Positions 1 through 11,218 are shown, counted from the whole stretch's first letter. The stretch is DNA of 63,055 nt, filler included, from Circinaria calcarea (GCA_051942165.1; 2 parts of 2 records of this genome joined end to end with filler, not necessarily neighbours in it); one strand, 5' to 3'. Numbers and translations: made by a program. The notes: generated by a model not told the origin, from the letters alone.

Positions 1-1171
1 CGACGAGTGCACCGCCCATGGCAGCGAATGGGATCAGGATCAGGACCGTAGGTAACAACTGAACACCAGAGCGTCCTGGACTCGAGCCGAGCACGCCTTG
101 AAAGTAAACGGGAAGGAAGTAGAGGACCCATATAGTGACAACGCTGTGGAGAAAGGTAAGGATGAAGGCTGTTAAGGATGTTCGATTCGAGAAGAGATGG
201 ATAGGCATGGTTGGCTCAACACAAAATCTAGATCCTTCATAGAAGAGAAAGCCAACAAGTCCAAGAAGACCCAGAATCAGCGGTAGGATGATCCGGAACG
301 ACGACCACGGATATACTGTGTTCGCCCACGATAAAGCAATCAAGATCGAAACGACGGATGCTACAAAGATGGCGTTCCCGACCCAGTCGATCCTCTTTAA
401 CGAGGTCGTCCATTTTGTCTGCTCCTTGTAGTTGACCTGCAGGAACAAGATCAAGAGGACCAGGGCGGCGCCTCCAACCGGCAAATTGATGTAGAAAACC
501 CAGCGCCAAGAAATGTCTTGAACGATCAGGCCACCAAACACCGGTCCCAGTGCAGTCCCAAGGGCGATCAAGCCAAAGATCAAAGCCAGGTAGTTCCCTC
601 GCTCTCTCAGGGGCACCAGATCACACACGACAATTTCGACCAGGACGTTAACACCACCAGCACCGATGCCCTGGATCGCTCGTCCAGCAATCAACATGTT
701 AATGTTACTGGCCCCGCCGCAGATGCCGCTGCCCAGAGTAAAGATGGCCGTGGCGACAATGATCGGATAGCGTCGTCCGAAAACATTGGCCAACTGTCCA
801 TAAAGAGGCTGAAAGGCAGTCCTGTTGCGATTCACTAATTAGTTTGACAGCTCGAAAAGGAAGGGGGATTGGATGTCTGACGTGGTCAGGAAGTAAACGT
901 TGATCACCCAGATATAGAGGTCTGCGCCACCGAGAGCGGCGATAATAGTCGGCAATGCAGTCGATGTGATGGTCGCCTCGAGAGCTGTCAGAAGGCCCGT
1001 CACGGCAAGGGCAAAGATGATGGCCCAGAAGCGTAGTCCTTTCTTCTTTGGGGGCTCTGCTACTTTGGTGTTGGTGTTGCTATCGGGAGATTCCTCGCTC
1101 TTATCTGCAATCGCTCGCGTATCTGCCTGGTCAGAGTACATAGGGCCTTGGTTATGGTCCAACGGGTCCAT
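1..1171 (-). CDS. MFS drug:H+ antiporter (DHA2/14-TMS type), 3' end outside window
   Basis: Starts MDPLDH..., then RFWAIIFALAVTGLLTALEATITSTALPTI...LYIWVINVYFLT. GT..AG intron at about 822-881. The frame continues with FQPLYGQLANVFGRR-type motif A and hydrophobic helices, open to the window edge. Confidence 0.9.
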
Positions 1172-1853
1172 GGTTGAGTGTGAACGGGGCTGCTGAGCTT
1201 AGCCAATTTCCGGCAGATAGATGGGATCTTACCACACGTTTGGGGAGGAGTATGAATCTCACAATGACTAACTAGGCTGCGGGCGAGCGTGTGGCAGGAA
1301 CGGGGGACTTTCAAATGCTCGTACCGCAGAGTAGTTCAAGTAGAAATAGTAAACAAGCAGACTTACAGCCGCGTGGAATGAATGGGCAGGTGGGCTTTAT
1401 ACAACAGCATCCGCAAGGCAAGCGAGTTGCGAAGGCCGATGCATACCTGGCACCCCTGATACCCGAATTCTGGCATTATCTGCGGCCAAGTAGGAGGCAA
1501 TCTGAATGCGGCATCGAATCACACCTTTCCACCGCAGTTGTGCAAATCAATATTGGGGGCATCCGACAGACCCTGGAGCGTGATGGAAATCCCCGTCGGC
1601 TGCGTTCCGATCCGAACAGTTTTATACCCTCTCAATGTCGTGAATTATCCACCACCGAGGAAAGAGACAACCCGAGGCAGAGGGGTCACCTTTACCTTAT
1701 CGACGAGCCTCTGCCTAGCACGACGCTCGGAGATGACACTTGAGCCTGGTGATAATAATCACCTTCGACCAGCTTTTAAAACATGTCTTATAATCCGGTT
1801 GGGGATTTTCTCGCATTGCTTTTCGCCTACTGTTCTGTGTTTGTTTACGTGGC

Positions 1854-3449
1854 CTAGGTCTGGTCTAGCATTTTTTTTAGTTTCCGGATTTCCTCTCTGA
1901 ACGCCTTGATGCCACCACCGTGGGTGCCCTGTTCATTCAGTTCCTCCTCCCTCATCACCAAATCCATCAACTTTGGCGTCACTACCTCGTTCACAAAGGC
2001 TTCCTCGTCCCTCTGACCACCGCTGATGCTGTAACCTTTCGGGTAGCCCATGGAGCTACCAATACGGTCAAGCATGCAAATCACAACCTGGATAAGAACC
2101 AGAATTTGGAGGTTGCCGTCTTGCTGGAGTGAGATTCCGCTGATCTGAAGATCAGACAGTGTTGCGAAGACGGCTTGGTGGTCGAGGGTGAGCAGACAGC
2201 GGCGGATGGTGGAGAAGACACTGCGGCACAGGCGCACTAGGTTGATGTAGCAGGTGATAACGAGGAGGCTTGTCGGAAGGTCGAGCTGATGCATCCGAGC
2301 CCGCCTGTCCTTACTCGGAGAGGGGGGACTGACGGCACTTGGTACAACTGAGTCGCCTGAGGTTGAGGTAGTATACGAACGGCTTCTGGCAGCTGATGAG
2401 AACAGCGAGTTGCAGCTCCCGCTCCCAGTTGACCCCGCCGAGTGACTAGCAGCTGAATGCCTGTGTTGCCTTGAAAGGTCTGCGAGAGCAAAGGCGGGCT
2501 CATGCGAGATTGACGCAGTGCGGAGAGCCTCACTAGCGTAATACCTGCTGTGGGAGCTTAGACAGTCCTGAAGCAAATTTTGGAATCTCTGCAAACCACG
2601 GATCATAACGGCAATAGGTAGCAGGGGCTCGTGTTCATTCCGAGTCGAGGAGTTGGAGAATCGGTCCAAACATGAGGCTGGATCCACTATTGTGCCGGTT
2701 AGTCTTAGCTGTCGATAGAGCTCCATATTAAGCTTCGACAACTGGTCCACATATACTTGATGTGTATCCAGTAGCTTGTGCAGATCCGTAGACTCTTTTT
2801 CGCTATTGGAATTGGTGCCCGTCGACAGAGAGCTATCTACGGTCTCTTCAGAGTTCAACTGGAATTCCTGTGTCGTCCCAGTTGAACCCAGAGAGGCATG
2901 CGGTGGATTACTGTACGAGAAACCGAGCAGAGTCTCATGAGAAACAAAGTCAGGATCGTCACCATAAGAAGCGGTAGATCCAAAAAAATCGGATTCATTT
3001 GGTTCGATGATGACGGAATCGTCAAGATTGAGGGTGCTATGATATAACCAACTCATGGAGTCTGCTCTTTCGGTAGCATTCGCTGCATCTGCATGCTCTA
3101 TCAGAGAAAGGTCATTGTCGACGCTGCTTGTCGGTTGCAGACGGGAAGGCTTCTCGATTGAATTGGAGCCGGTGGACAGAGGGCGTTCTCGCCGCCGCTT
3201 GGTCGACCTCCTGCCTTGCGGGGAGTTTTCGGCACCCACCGGCCTACCCATCCGCATCGTGGGACTAATAATGCAGACGGCGCTGGCTCGCTCGCAGCGA
3301 TTACATGATACCTGGCTGCTCTGGTTGCGGATGCATCGTAATTTCTGACCCCGGCACCGGTCGCAGGCTGAATGCTTGAGTGATTCTCCAACGGCGGCAT
3401 CGGCAGCATCAACATTGGAGCGCGGCGTGTTGGGCTGCGAGCTGGTCAT
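1854..3449 (-). CDS. Zn(II)2Cys6 cluster-specific transcription factor
   Basis: 531-aa ORF with CDRCRGQKLRC-x7-CNRCERASAVC binuclear cluster near the N-terminus and a Ser-rich middle region. Confidence 0.93.
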   Translation of the reverse strand: MTSSQPNTPRSNVDAADAAVGESLKHSACDRCRGQKLRCIRNQSSQVSCNRCERASAVCIISPTMRMGRPVGAENSPQGRRSTKRRRERPLSTGSNSIEKPSRLQPTSSVDNDLSLIEHADAANATERADSMSWLYHSTLNLDDSVIIEPNESDFFGSTASYGDDPDFVSHETLLGFSYSNPPHASLGSTGTTQEFQLNSEETVDSSLSTGTNSNSEKESTDLHKLLDTHQVYVDQLSKLNMELYRQLRLTGTIVDPASCLDRFSNSSTRNEHEPLLPIAVMIRGLQRFQNLLQDCLSSHSRYYASEALRTASISHEPAFALADLSRQHRHSAASHSAGSTGSGSCNSLFSSAARSRSYTTSTSGDSVVPSAVSPPSPSKDRRARMHQLDLPTSLLVITCYINLVRLCRSVFSTIRRCLLTLDHQAVFATLSDLQISGISLQQDGNLQILVLIQVVICMLDRIGSSMGYPKGYSISGGQRDEEAFVNEVVTPKLMDLVMREEELNEQGTHGGGIKAFREEIRKLKKMLDQT

Positions 3450-4124
3450 AGTGCAATCGCTAGGCTAAGATGTTGGCCAGGAGGAGAAGCTGTAGCATGT
3501 ATTCGGTTTTTACAGCTTGCATATATGACAGACCACGAGACTTAACACTCTTGTTACGGCTCTGCGTGGAAATAGCACGGAATATAGTTTATTACGTCGT
3601 ACGGAGTGACTACGCCGTGACAACAACATGGCAAAGGGAGGGTATCGATGTATCCCAACAATCGCATGTCCTCCTCTGCGATAGGTTCCGCCAAGACACG
3701 TGTGATGCTGCGGGGAATATACTATAGTAATAGCATTGGAGCGTCCACCATATTCCGCAGACATATACGCAGGGTCTTAAATCCCATGTGATGATCGACC
3801 GATCCAGGGCCCGTTACTGAGCCACTAATGTAGATCACCAATCTGTCATATCTCGAAGGGGCCGCGTACCGTAGCCGTCATTGGCCTCATAAAAGCCTCA
3901 CTTGCATAAAACCGTTCCACGTGCAGACGGACATGCAACGAATAATTCCCCGAATCTGCAAATCACGGCTAATCTTGATCATGCCGGCGAAATCCATTGC
4001 AGCCTTCAAGTACTGTGGTAGGAGTACGGAGTATGGCTTTTTCTAATATGCAGCCAAGTGCTGGTATATATTTTTATAAATATAATTGGATGCCAGGGAT
4101 ATACTTCCTCAATACTATTAGATT

Positions 4125-6644
4125 TTAATGACTGGCCGAGTCAGCTCCGTGCAAGGCCGAATCAACTCCGGGCGTCAAGTTATTGGTGAAAGCACAATCA
4201 CGAAGACGATAGACCAACTTTGATCCCCATACCTTACCTTTCCGGACCCGGTCTAGGCCATCAATCACGCCTGCGAATCCTCCAGGCCTTTCTTCATGTG
4301 GATGCGGGATGATTGCCCCGTCATCGATCAGCCCCTGTGCAACCTGGAACCAGCGCTCAGCAAATTCGCGGTCTTTAGGCTGCGGGTCCCTCTGGAACGG
4401 CTTCTGCCAGTTAATGGGCTTGTTAAACATCGTAAACATTATCATCCAATCCGGTTTAATGTCCCGACGGGTGTGAGCGCGAACGGGAAATGGATCAAGG
4501 GCCATGTATTGGCCGCCGTTTTTACCAATAGCTGTGTAACAGATCTTCATAGACTCGGTGTCACTAATGCAGTCGAGGGCGTATTCAAGCGAGTTCTTTG
4601 TGTACGCCAAGATGTCAGCTCCGCATGTGGCTAAGTGGTAATCAAACGCTCCGGCCGCCCCCAAGGATTTCACCAGACTAAAATTGCGGGGAGAGCACGT
4701 TGTGACCGGGACCATGCCAGATCTGCAAGTACATGTCAGCGTTACATTCCAATATAAGATGAGTGCCATGTCGAGCATGTCCCTCAGCCTTGGGTTCACC
4801 TTACAGGCGGATTGTCTGTATCGCGAGGGTCCCGGTAGCAGTGCCTCCTCCGTAAACCAAGACAAAGCGTGGCTCACTTGCTGGCATGCGTGCTGGCGAA
4901 CGAGGAAGCGGTAGCCTTAGACCATGATACAGCGCCATCCCTACTGTCGCCATGCCGAGCGCCAGCGTTGCTGCTGTTTGAAAAGACATATCGGGTGGGA
5001 GTTTGAAAACCAAGTCTCCCGGAACCGCGACAAACTCGGCGAAAGCTCCATTGTCACGCTCGTTTGGGTTGTTTCCGAAAACGCAGCCGCATACACGATC
5101 ACCAATCGACAGACTTTTCTTCACAGCGCGACCGATTGTGACCACCTCTCCAGAAAAGTCACATCCCGAAGTTGCTCCTAGGCTGGGAGATAAGTCCGAC
5201 GACTTACTATCGTATGGGTTAAGTGCAACACAGCAAACTCGCACAAGAACTTCATCGTCTTGAGTCCGAGGAATTGGCAAAGAGCCAGCTAGGCCCATTT
5301 TCCCTGGTCCTCGTATCTTGAGCCCTTTCTGTGTGGTTGGCACCGACGAGATGTTGATGGGCAGGTCTCCATTCTTTCCCACTTTTTGTGTGCTGAGCTC
5401 TTCTTGTCTGGTTGGCGCAGAAGGCACATTGCAGGAGAGTTCCGAGTTGAACATATAAACCAACTTTTCGCCCGAGACTTCTCGGCGCCGCATCCTATCC
5501 ACTCCCGAAATCACAAACTCGAGTCCACCGTCTTTGACATTCGGCGGATGAGCCTTGATTTTCCCTGCACTTGCCAGTACCTCAAAACGCTTGAACCACT
5601 CGCAACCGAATTCTCGTAGCTCTGGATTAGGTTTGCTGCCATACCCTCCACCCAAAGCGATCTCGGAGCCTGACATGGTAATTCCTAATACCCAGGTAGC
5701 CTTGACCGTCTTCCGCATACCGGCAATCAAGTCATCCGGGATGAGCTCAAACCCGACGTAACGACCGCCAGCACGACCGATGGCTGCGAAACATAGCCTC
5801 AGTGTTTTTGCTTCCGTAATGATATCTATGACATACTGCAAGGTATTTTTGGTGTAGGCGCGTATGTCTTCTGCGCAAGTCGGTGAGTGGTAGTCGAAAG
5901 CCCTCTCCGCGCCATAAGACTCGACCAGCTGGAAATGTCTTGGGGAGCAGGTAGTAACGACCTTGAACCCTGACCTACGAGGGGCGTTATTTGATGGCAA
6001 AGTGCACCGCAGCATTCAAGTATAGATGTGAATTGCGAACAACTTGAATTACGAGTCACTTACAATGTCAGTAACTGTACGGCCATCGTCCCGCTCGCAG
6101 TACTACCGCCATAGACAAGGACATAGGTAGGCTTCTGCACCGGCTGCTCTGGAGTTCCCGGCAGCGCCAGGGAGCGGAACATGGCCAGTCCAAGTGTTCC
6201 AACCACGCACCACCCTATGGCCGCTGCCTGCTCCCATGGCATGCCGTCGGGCACTCTCCAGAGCTGGTCTGCAAACACGGCTATATAGTCGGCGAAAGCT
6301 CCGGAGCGCGGATTGAGAGAATTCGAGGCATGCACGGCGCCTGCGACTCGGTCGCCTATTTGGAGATCGGATGCTACTGCGGAGCCTAGGGCAATTACGG
6401 TGCCGGCGTAGTCGGAACCATCTACCGCACCCGGACACGGAAAATTCATCGGCATCTTCCAGTCACATGGATTCAGAGCGACAGCAACCGTCTGGACGAG
6501 TACCTGACCGGGCAATAAATCTGGGAGGGGACAATCGGCACACAGGATCAGCGAGCCTACCGGTTCCTTCGCCTGTACAATCGCTTTCTGGGAAGCCGGA
6601 AGTGGCCGTGAGGTTAGCGTCCTCGCCATGAAGCGTCTCGACAT
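4125..6644 (-). CDS. Tandem double trans-acting enoyl reductase (two LovC-like MDR domains in one predicted 782-aa polypeptide)
   Basis: Exons 6644-6064, 5974-4805 and 4722-4125, with GT..AG introns at 5975-6063 and 4723-4804. Domain 1: VALNPCDWK...VLVYGGSTASGTMAVQLL|SGFKVVTTCS...SGEKLVY. Domain 2: VALNPYDSK...VLVYGGGTATGTLAIQTIRL|SGMVPVTTCS...GSKLVY. There is no stop between the domains. Confidence 0.85.
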
Positions 6645-6998
6645 GGGATCCTCTTGGGGGTATCAATGGGTCTGGTCTTCCCATCAATTGGAGCCCACGT
6701 AACGTTTATCATCTCTCATTATGGTGCTCTGCCGAGTGGACCCATCGGAGTCCGAACGAGACAACGATTATCTTCGGAGCGCAATGCATAAAGTCCTCCG
6801 AAATAATTGATCGGAAAATCCAAATCATGGGCTTGGGGTTTAGTGGCCGATGTTCGGTTTTCCATGTGGAACATTCGGGGACTTCTGCTCCACAATGCAC
6901 TGAACATATTCGATCCAGCATCGCTATTCTCACTGTCCGCACAAGTTTTTTATCGAATCACTGTTGCTTGGTGGTAGCTGACAAGTCCACGGGAGTGA

Positions 6999-8291
6999 AT
7001 GATGCCCCAAACATTGTCCCTTGTTGTCATCCCACTCATCCTACTTCGTGTTGTCTCAGCACAACAAGTATGGCAACAACCCCTTACGGAGTCATTCGCG
7101 GGGAACTGGGAATATACGTGGGACGAGTCTTGCACCACAAGTCGCATTACTGCCTTCGAGCAAGCTGACGGTCCAGTCAACTTCTCCACGTCCGCGTCTG
7201 ACTATCTGGAGCACCCTAAAATTTCTGCAGTTAATGCCACAGCATGGGAACAATGGGAGTTTGATAGTGTATCTGACTCCGGTCTTGGGGGTATCATGGT
7301 GGGCTTCTCAAGAGACGCGTCCTATGCTTTTTTCGGTCAGGGCAATCTCCGTATCGAATTCTACGTCGTCCTGAGTGACGGTTCGGTGATCCAAGAGCTA
7401 GAATACGTCAGCGAATCCACCCTTGTGGATTGTGGGAACTTTGTAACGGGCACATGGAATAGCACCAGACGTACCTACTCCTTCCAAGTATCCAAGGATA
7501 TGAAGCATGCCAGGTTATACTTTGATTCTCCACGTGTGCAAGGGAGCTTCACCTTAACATCCGTCGCACCGCCACACTTCCCAAATGGCGATCTTTTCCC
7601 CTCGGATAAGGCATCAGCGACGGAATTAGCACCCTGGTTATACATGAATCAGCCTATCCCTGGTGGCCGCGTGGATGCTGATATCACCTTCTCGAAGAAG
7701 CGCGTTCGATTCTCAGGGATGGGGGGACATGTCAGGCTATGGGCTAAGGACAGTTGGTTCAACATCTGTGACGGATGGCATTTTATGCGCGCCATGGCGG
7801 GGCCATACACCATCTCCTACTGGCAGCCCATATCGCGCAAAGATAAAGGCGTCTCATACTACTCTGCTCAGCTTTTCAAGGATGGAAAGAGATTGCTCAC
7901 AACACAGCTCGGGAATGTGTCTGAAACAGACGACTATGTCCTCTTCACCGATGAACTCGACGGCGAACTTCGAGGCTCGCTGGCAGATCACTCGACAGGC
8001 CATGTTCTCGAGTTTGTGGCCCCTGGAAGAGGGAAGAGATGGCATTTCCTCGTTCAACACATGAAGAAGCAGTTTGAAATGGGCCTCGGCGGCGACTCTG
8101 GCTTAACCGGGTTCACGAACCGCGTTACAGGCGGCATGGTAGGCGGGACGCAGTATGAGGGACGCGCGTTGTCTGAGCAAGTTGTTTTGCCAAAGACAAT
8201 CGCGCAATGGCGGATCTGGATTGTCCTCGGGATCGGCTTTTTGAATCGGGGAAAAAGTTTTGTGATGAACCTCGTGGGATACATCTTCTAA
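6999..8291 (+). CDS. Putative pericyclase/Diels-Alderase of the Fsa2/CcsF/PoxQ-like beta-barrel family
   Basis: Intronless 430-aa ORF with NATAWEQWEFDSVS, FSRD, G-x-GGH-x-R-x-W and W-x-F-x-R-A-x-AGPY motifs recognisable from this family. It is transcribed divergently from the trans-ER and has a hydrophobic N-terminus and C-terminal segment. Confidence 0.75.
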   Translation: MMPQTLSLVVIPLILLRVVSAQQVWQQPLTESFAGNWEYTWDESCTTSRITAFEQADGPVNFSTSASDYLEHPKISAVNATAWEQWEFDSVSDSGLGGIMVGFSRDASYAFFGQGNLRIEFYVVLSDGSVIQELEYVSESTLVDCGNFVTGTWNSTRRTYSFQVSKDMKHARLYFDSPRVQGSFTLTSVAPPHFPNGDLFPSDKASATELAPWLYMNQPIPGGRVDADITFSKKRVRFSGMGGHVRLWAKDSWFNICDGWHFMRAMAGPYTISYWQPISRKDKGVSYYSAQLFKDGKRLLTTQLGNVSETDDYVLFTDELDGELRGSLADHSTGHVLEFVAPGRGKRWHFLVQHMKKQFEMGLGGDSGLTGFTNRVTGGMVGGTQYEGRALSEQVVLPKTIAQWRIWIVLGIGFLNRGKSFVMNLVGYIF

Positions 8292-9134
8292 ACATTGACA
8301 CGAAAGACGATACGTGAAAAGCATTGGATTAAATCCTTGATGCTATAGGTATTCATGTGTGCGTGCTCAATCAAGATATTAGACAGAATATCACTAGAAA
8401 TAGATTGGAAGTTCAATCGCGCTGCTTTTTGGCGGTCCCGTGGTTACCCCCTCTTGTCTTGTAAGATAAAAAGGCCTTAATCGACAACCACTAAAATGTT
8501 AAAATGTTAAAATGTCAACTTGTTCATATAGAGTCGGTAAGGATGGCAGAATCAAACGAGAATGTGGAAATAAAGGAAAGCATAGATGGAAAAGTAGTTT
8601 GGGGGAGTGGGAGGGAGAATCCCATATCCAAACGGAATTCTGAAATGAAAGGGAGATTGTAATAGGAAGAACGGGTGATGAGGGGCTATGGGCGGTGGTC
8701 AATTTTTCAGGCCTTCGTACTGTCCCCTCTAATAAGCGCAGGGGTGGAGCGGGCACTAATTACTAAGCTCATAGGCTAACAGGGTAGTGGTTTAGCCCTG
8801 CGCTTAAACTCTACCTTTAAAAAAAAGAAACATTATAAAGAGGGCACTACGCCTCCAATATATGAATAAATACTATGGAACCGCTATAAGATACTGCGTG
8901 TAGAAAATATATACGATGTATTTACAGAAAATTCTCGGGGGATCGTTGAAATATAAAACGAAAGGCGCGCGCCTAATTAACGCTGTTTCCTTGCTTCCTT
9001 CTCCACGCATTCTAACTATAATATTTACTTCGTTTTAGCCCATTTCGGCGAAATCAGTTTTCACGATGTAGTACAGCTCGCCGGGCGCACTTTATTAATG
9101 TTGAGCATAATTAATTAAGATCAGGGCACGCGGG

Positions 9135-9275
9135 GTGACAGAAAAAATGCGACACAACCCATCTATAGCTTAGCGATATCTCGCGCTAACATTAGTGCGG
9201 ATTATCACTAGGCTTGGGGGGTGGGGAAATATCGCTAAGGTGTTACGGGGGCTCTGTCGCATTTTTTTCTGTCAC
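9135..9275. mobile_element. MITE-like element with about 45-bp imperfect terminal inverted repeats
   Basis: GTGACAGAAAAAATGCGACA...CTTAGCGATAT (9135-9179) pairs with ATATCGCTAAG...TGTCGCATTTTTTTCTGTCAC (9229-9275). The element is non-coding and sits in AT-rich DNA. Confidence 0.6.
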
Positions 9276-9660
9276 ATTAGCGAATTCCATAAACGAGGTT
9301 CCTCACGAAACTTAAGCTAGAACCTCAGCCTTTTCGGTGGTGGATAACATTCCTGAAGCATGCTTAAAACGCCTGTCTCCAGACATGGCAGGTCTGGCGA
9401 TGATAGTTTTAAGATATAATATAACCCAAGACATTATTAATCTAGTCATAGATGTCTGTTGTTTGCTTTCTTATATAGTAATAACGAAACTTAGGACTAT
9501 GCGAGGAGGTCCTTAGTTAATATAGATTGCCTAATAGTTCGCAGTATCATATATATAGGCCAAAAGGACTGGTGGGCTATTCGCGGTGTAATAATACTAT
9601 CTAATGGCTTAAACATCTAGCTCGGCCGATAACGACAAAGTGGCCGGTACAAAACAAAGG

Positions 9661-10657
9661 TCACACAGTTCCATGCGACGTGCAGTCATCATGAACAAAT
9701 GGCTCCTCACCTCTTTCTATCCGCCACCGATTCGTCGCCTCTAACGCCCCCGGTAACCCTTTAAACAACCACCCCCATTTCCTCAGAAACCCTTCCGACA
9801 TCTCCCACCCCGTGATGTCCCAGGGTGGCGACCACGCAATAATGCCGCGTCGCTCGATCTCGTCGTCGGGAAAGCCCTCGTACAGCCCGCCGATGCAGTC
9901 GGCCCACAGCTCGTCCTCGTCGAAGGTGCCGGCGGCCCGGATCAGGCGGTCTCGTCCCTCGGGATACGGGAACAGGTCGATCCAGTCGCCGTGCGGCACC
10001 GTTTGTTGAAGGGCGGTGGGCAGGAGTGTTGAAGGGAGTAGTTCGGGCTTGGTAGGGTAGGGGATGACGTGGATAACTTCCTCATCACAGTCGAGCGGCG
10101 TGACGAGGATGCCCGAGATTAGAGTGCGGTTCACGGCCAGGGCGCGGAGGGCGTTGAATTGGAGGAGTGTAATGAGGTGGTCTGAACAGAGGGGGAAGAC
10201 AATATTAAACTGCTCTTTTCTAGATTTATCTGGCAGCAAGGGGTTTCTCGCATTGTATAGTTGCTTGATACGGGATACTGGGAAGATGGAGACGGATTGC
10301 TGCTTAATGTCCCAGCATTCCACCAGCGCTTCTGATTTGATCAGTATCCCGGTTGCAGCACTGGATGCTTCGGCTTTCTTTGCTAGGGCTTTGCGTTTTC
10401 CTACTGGACTGTTAATTTCGATAATTGGGTACCCCTTGATCGGACTGGTCCTGACTCCTGATTTGGACGAAAGAGAAAACAAGGCCTTACTTACGGTATG
10501 CCCTTGTATTGAGTCTGGTCTGTGCCCGTCTACGTGCTGCGGCATCCTTGGTCCCAGTCCAGTCGTCTTCCCTGCTTATCGCCTGTACGCGGTGAGCAAG
10601 TCATGTCGTCTTGGCGATTGAAGGCGGCCTGATACGTACCTCGGCCAATTGTGGCAT
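9661..10657 (-). CDS. bZIP-like basic-region protein with C-terminal DUF3425 domain
   Basis: Spliced model: MPQLAE|intron|AISREDDWTGTKDAAARRRAQTRLNTRAY|intron|RKRKAL..., followed by DHLITLLQFNALRA, LLPTALQQTVPHGDWIDLFP and WSPPWDITGWEMSEGFLRKWGWL, all typical of DUF3425. Confidence 0.82.
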
Positions 10658-10798
10658 CGACGTGAGTTGGATGCGTGGTGCTGTTGAATTTGGAGGCTAA
10701 TACGCATTAATCATGATGCTAGCGGACATAGGGATTGCGGTGATAATAAAAATTGGTGATAATTGATACAAGTTTCTTTGGGCCGGCCAAGGCGCTTT

Positions 10799-11218
10799 AT
10801 GCAGCCTGCTCACAATGACGAGTCTGACGCTCGGGAACGGAGGAATTAATATGTTTATATGTGTACTATTCCGCAGCTGAGGCGCAGACAGACAGGGGTT
10901 AATAATATGGCACGATATCATCGGTCACTAGCACAATGTTTAACTCGAGCAGGTCTAGCGTCATGCAGCCTGCTCACATTATGGATCAGGATTATAAGCT
11001 CCAGTATCACACATGCACCACTTGATTAACAAACGCGACATTAGGTATGATTTCCCGAGGGTGGCTAATCTGGACAGCAGCTAAAGATTCAGCAGTGAGC
11101 CCCACGCTTCATGCAGTTGGCTCACTCGCTCACTCGGAATTCTCCTATCGGTCCATCTCTTCAATATATCCAAGTTAAATGTGACCTGATTAGTTCAAGG
11201 GTCATGCAGCTTGCTCAC
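10799..11218. promoter_or_regulatory. Four same-orientation copies of a 15-bp motif ATGCAGYYKGCTCAC in the divergent bZIP/SDR promoter
   Basis: Copies at 10799-10813 (ATGCAGCCTGCTCAC), 10963-10977 (ATGCAGCCTGCTCAC), 11111-11125 (ATGCAGTTGGCTCAC) and 11204-11218 (ATGCAGCTTGCTCAC). Confidence 0.6.

Noticed and set aside
518..838. Many short ORFs in the track overlapping real genes (e.g. 518-838, 16191-16943, 32531-33148, 57753-58367)
   Set aside because: They are antisense or alternative-frame shadows of well-supported genes and carry no recognisable motifs.
10560..10640. Apparent in-frame stop (AYRR*) suggesting a bZIP pseudogene
   Set aside because: Two GT..AG introns give an intact DDWTG...RRRAQTRLNTRAYRKRK basic region in another frame.
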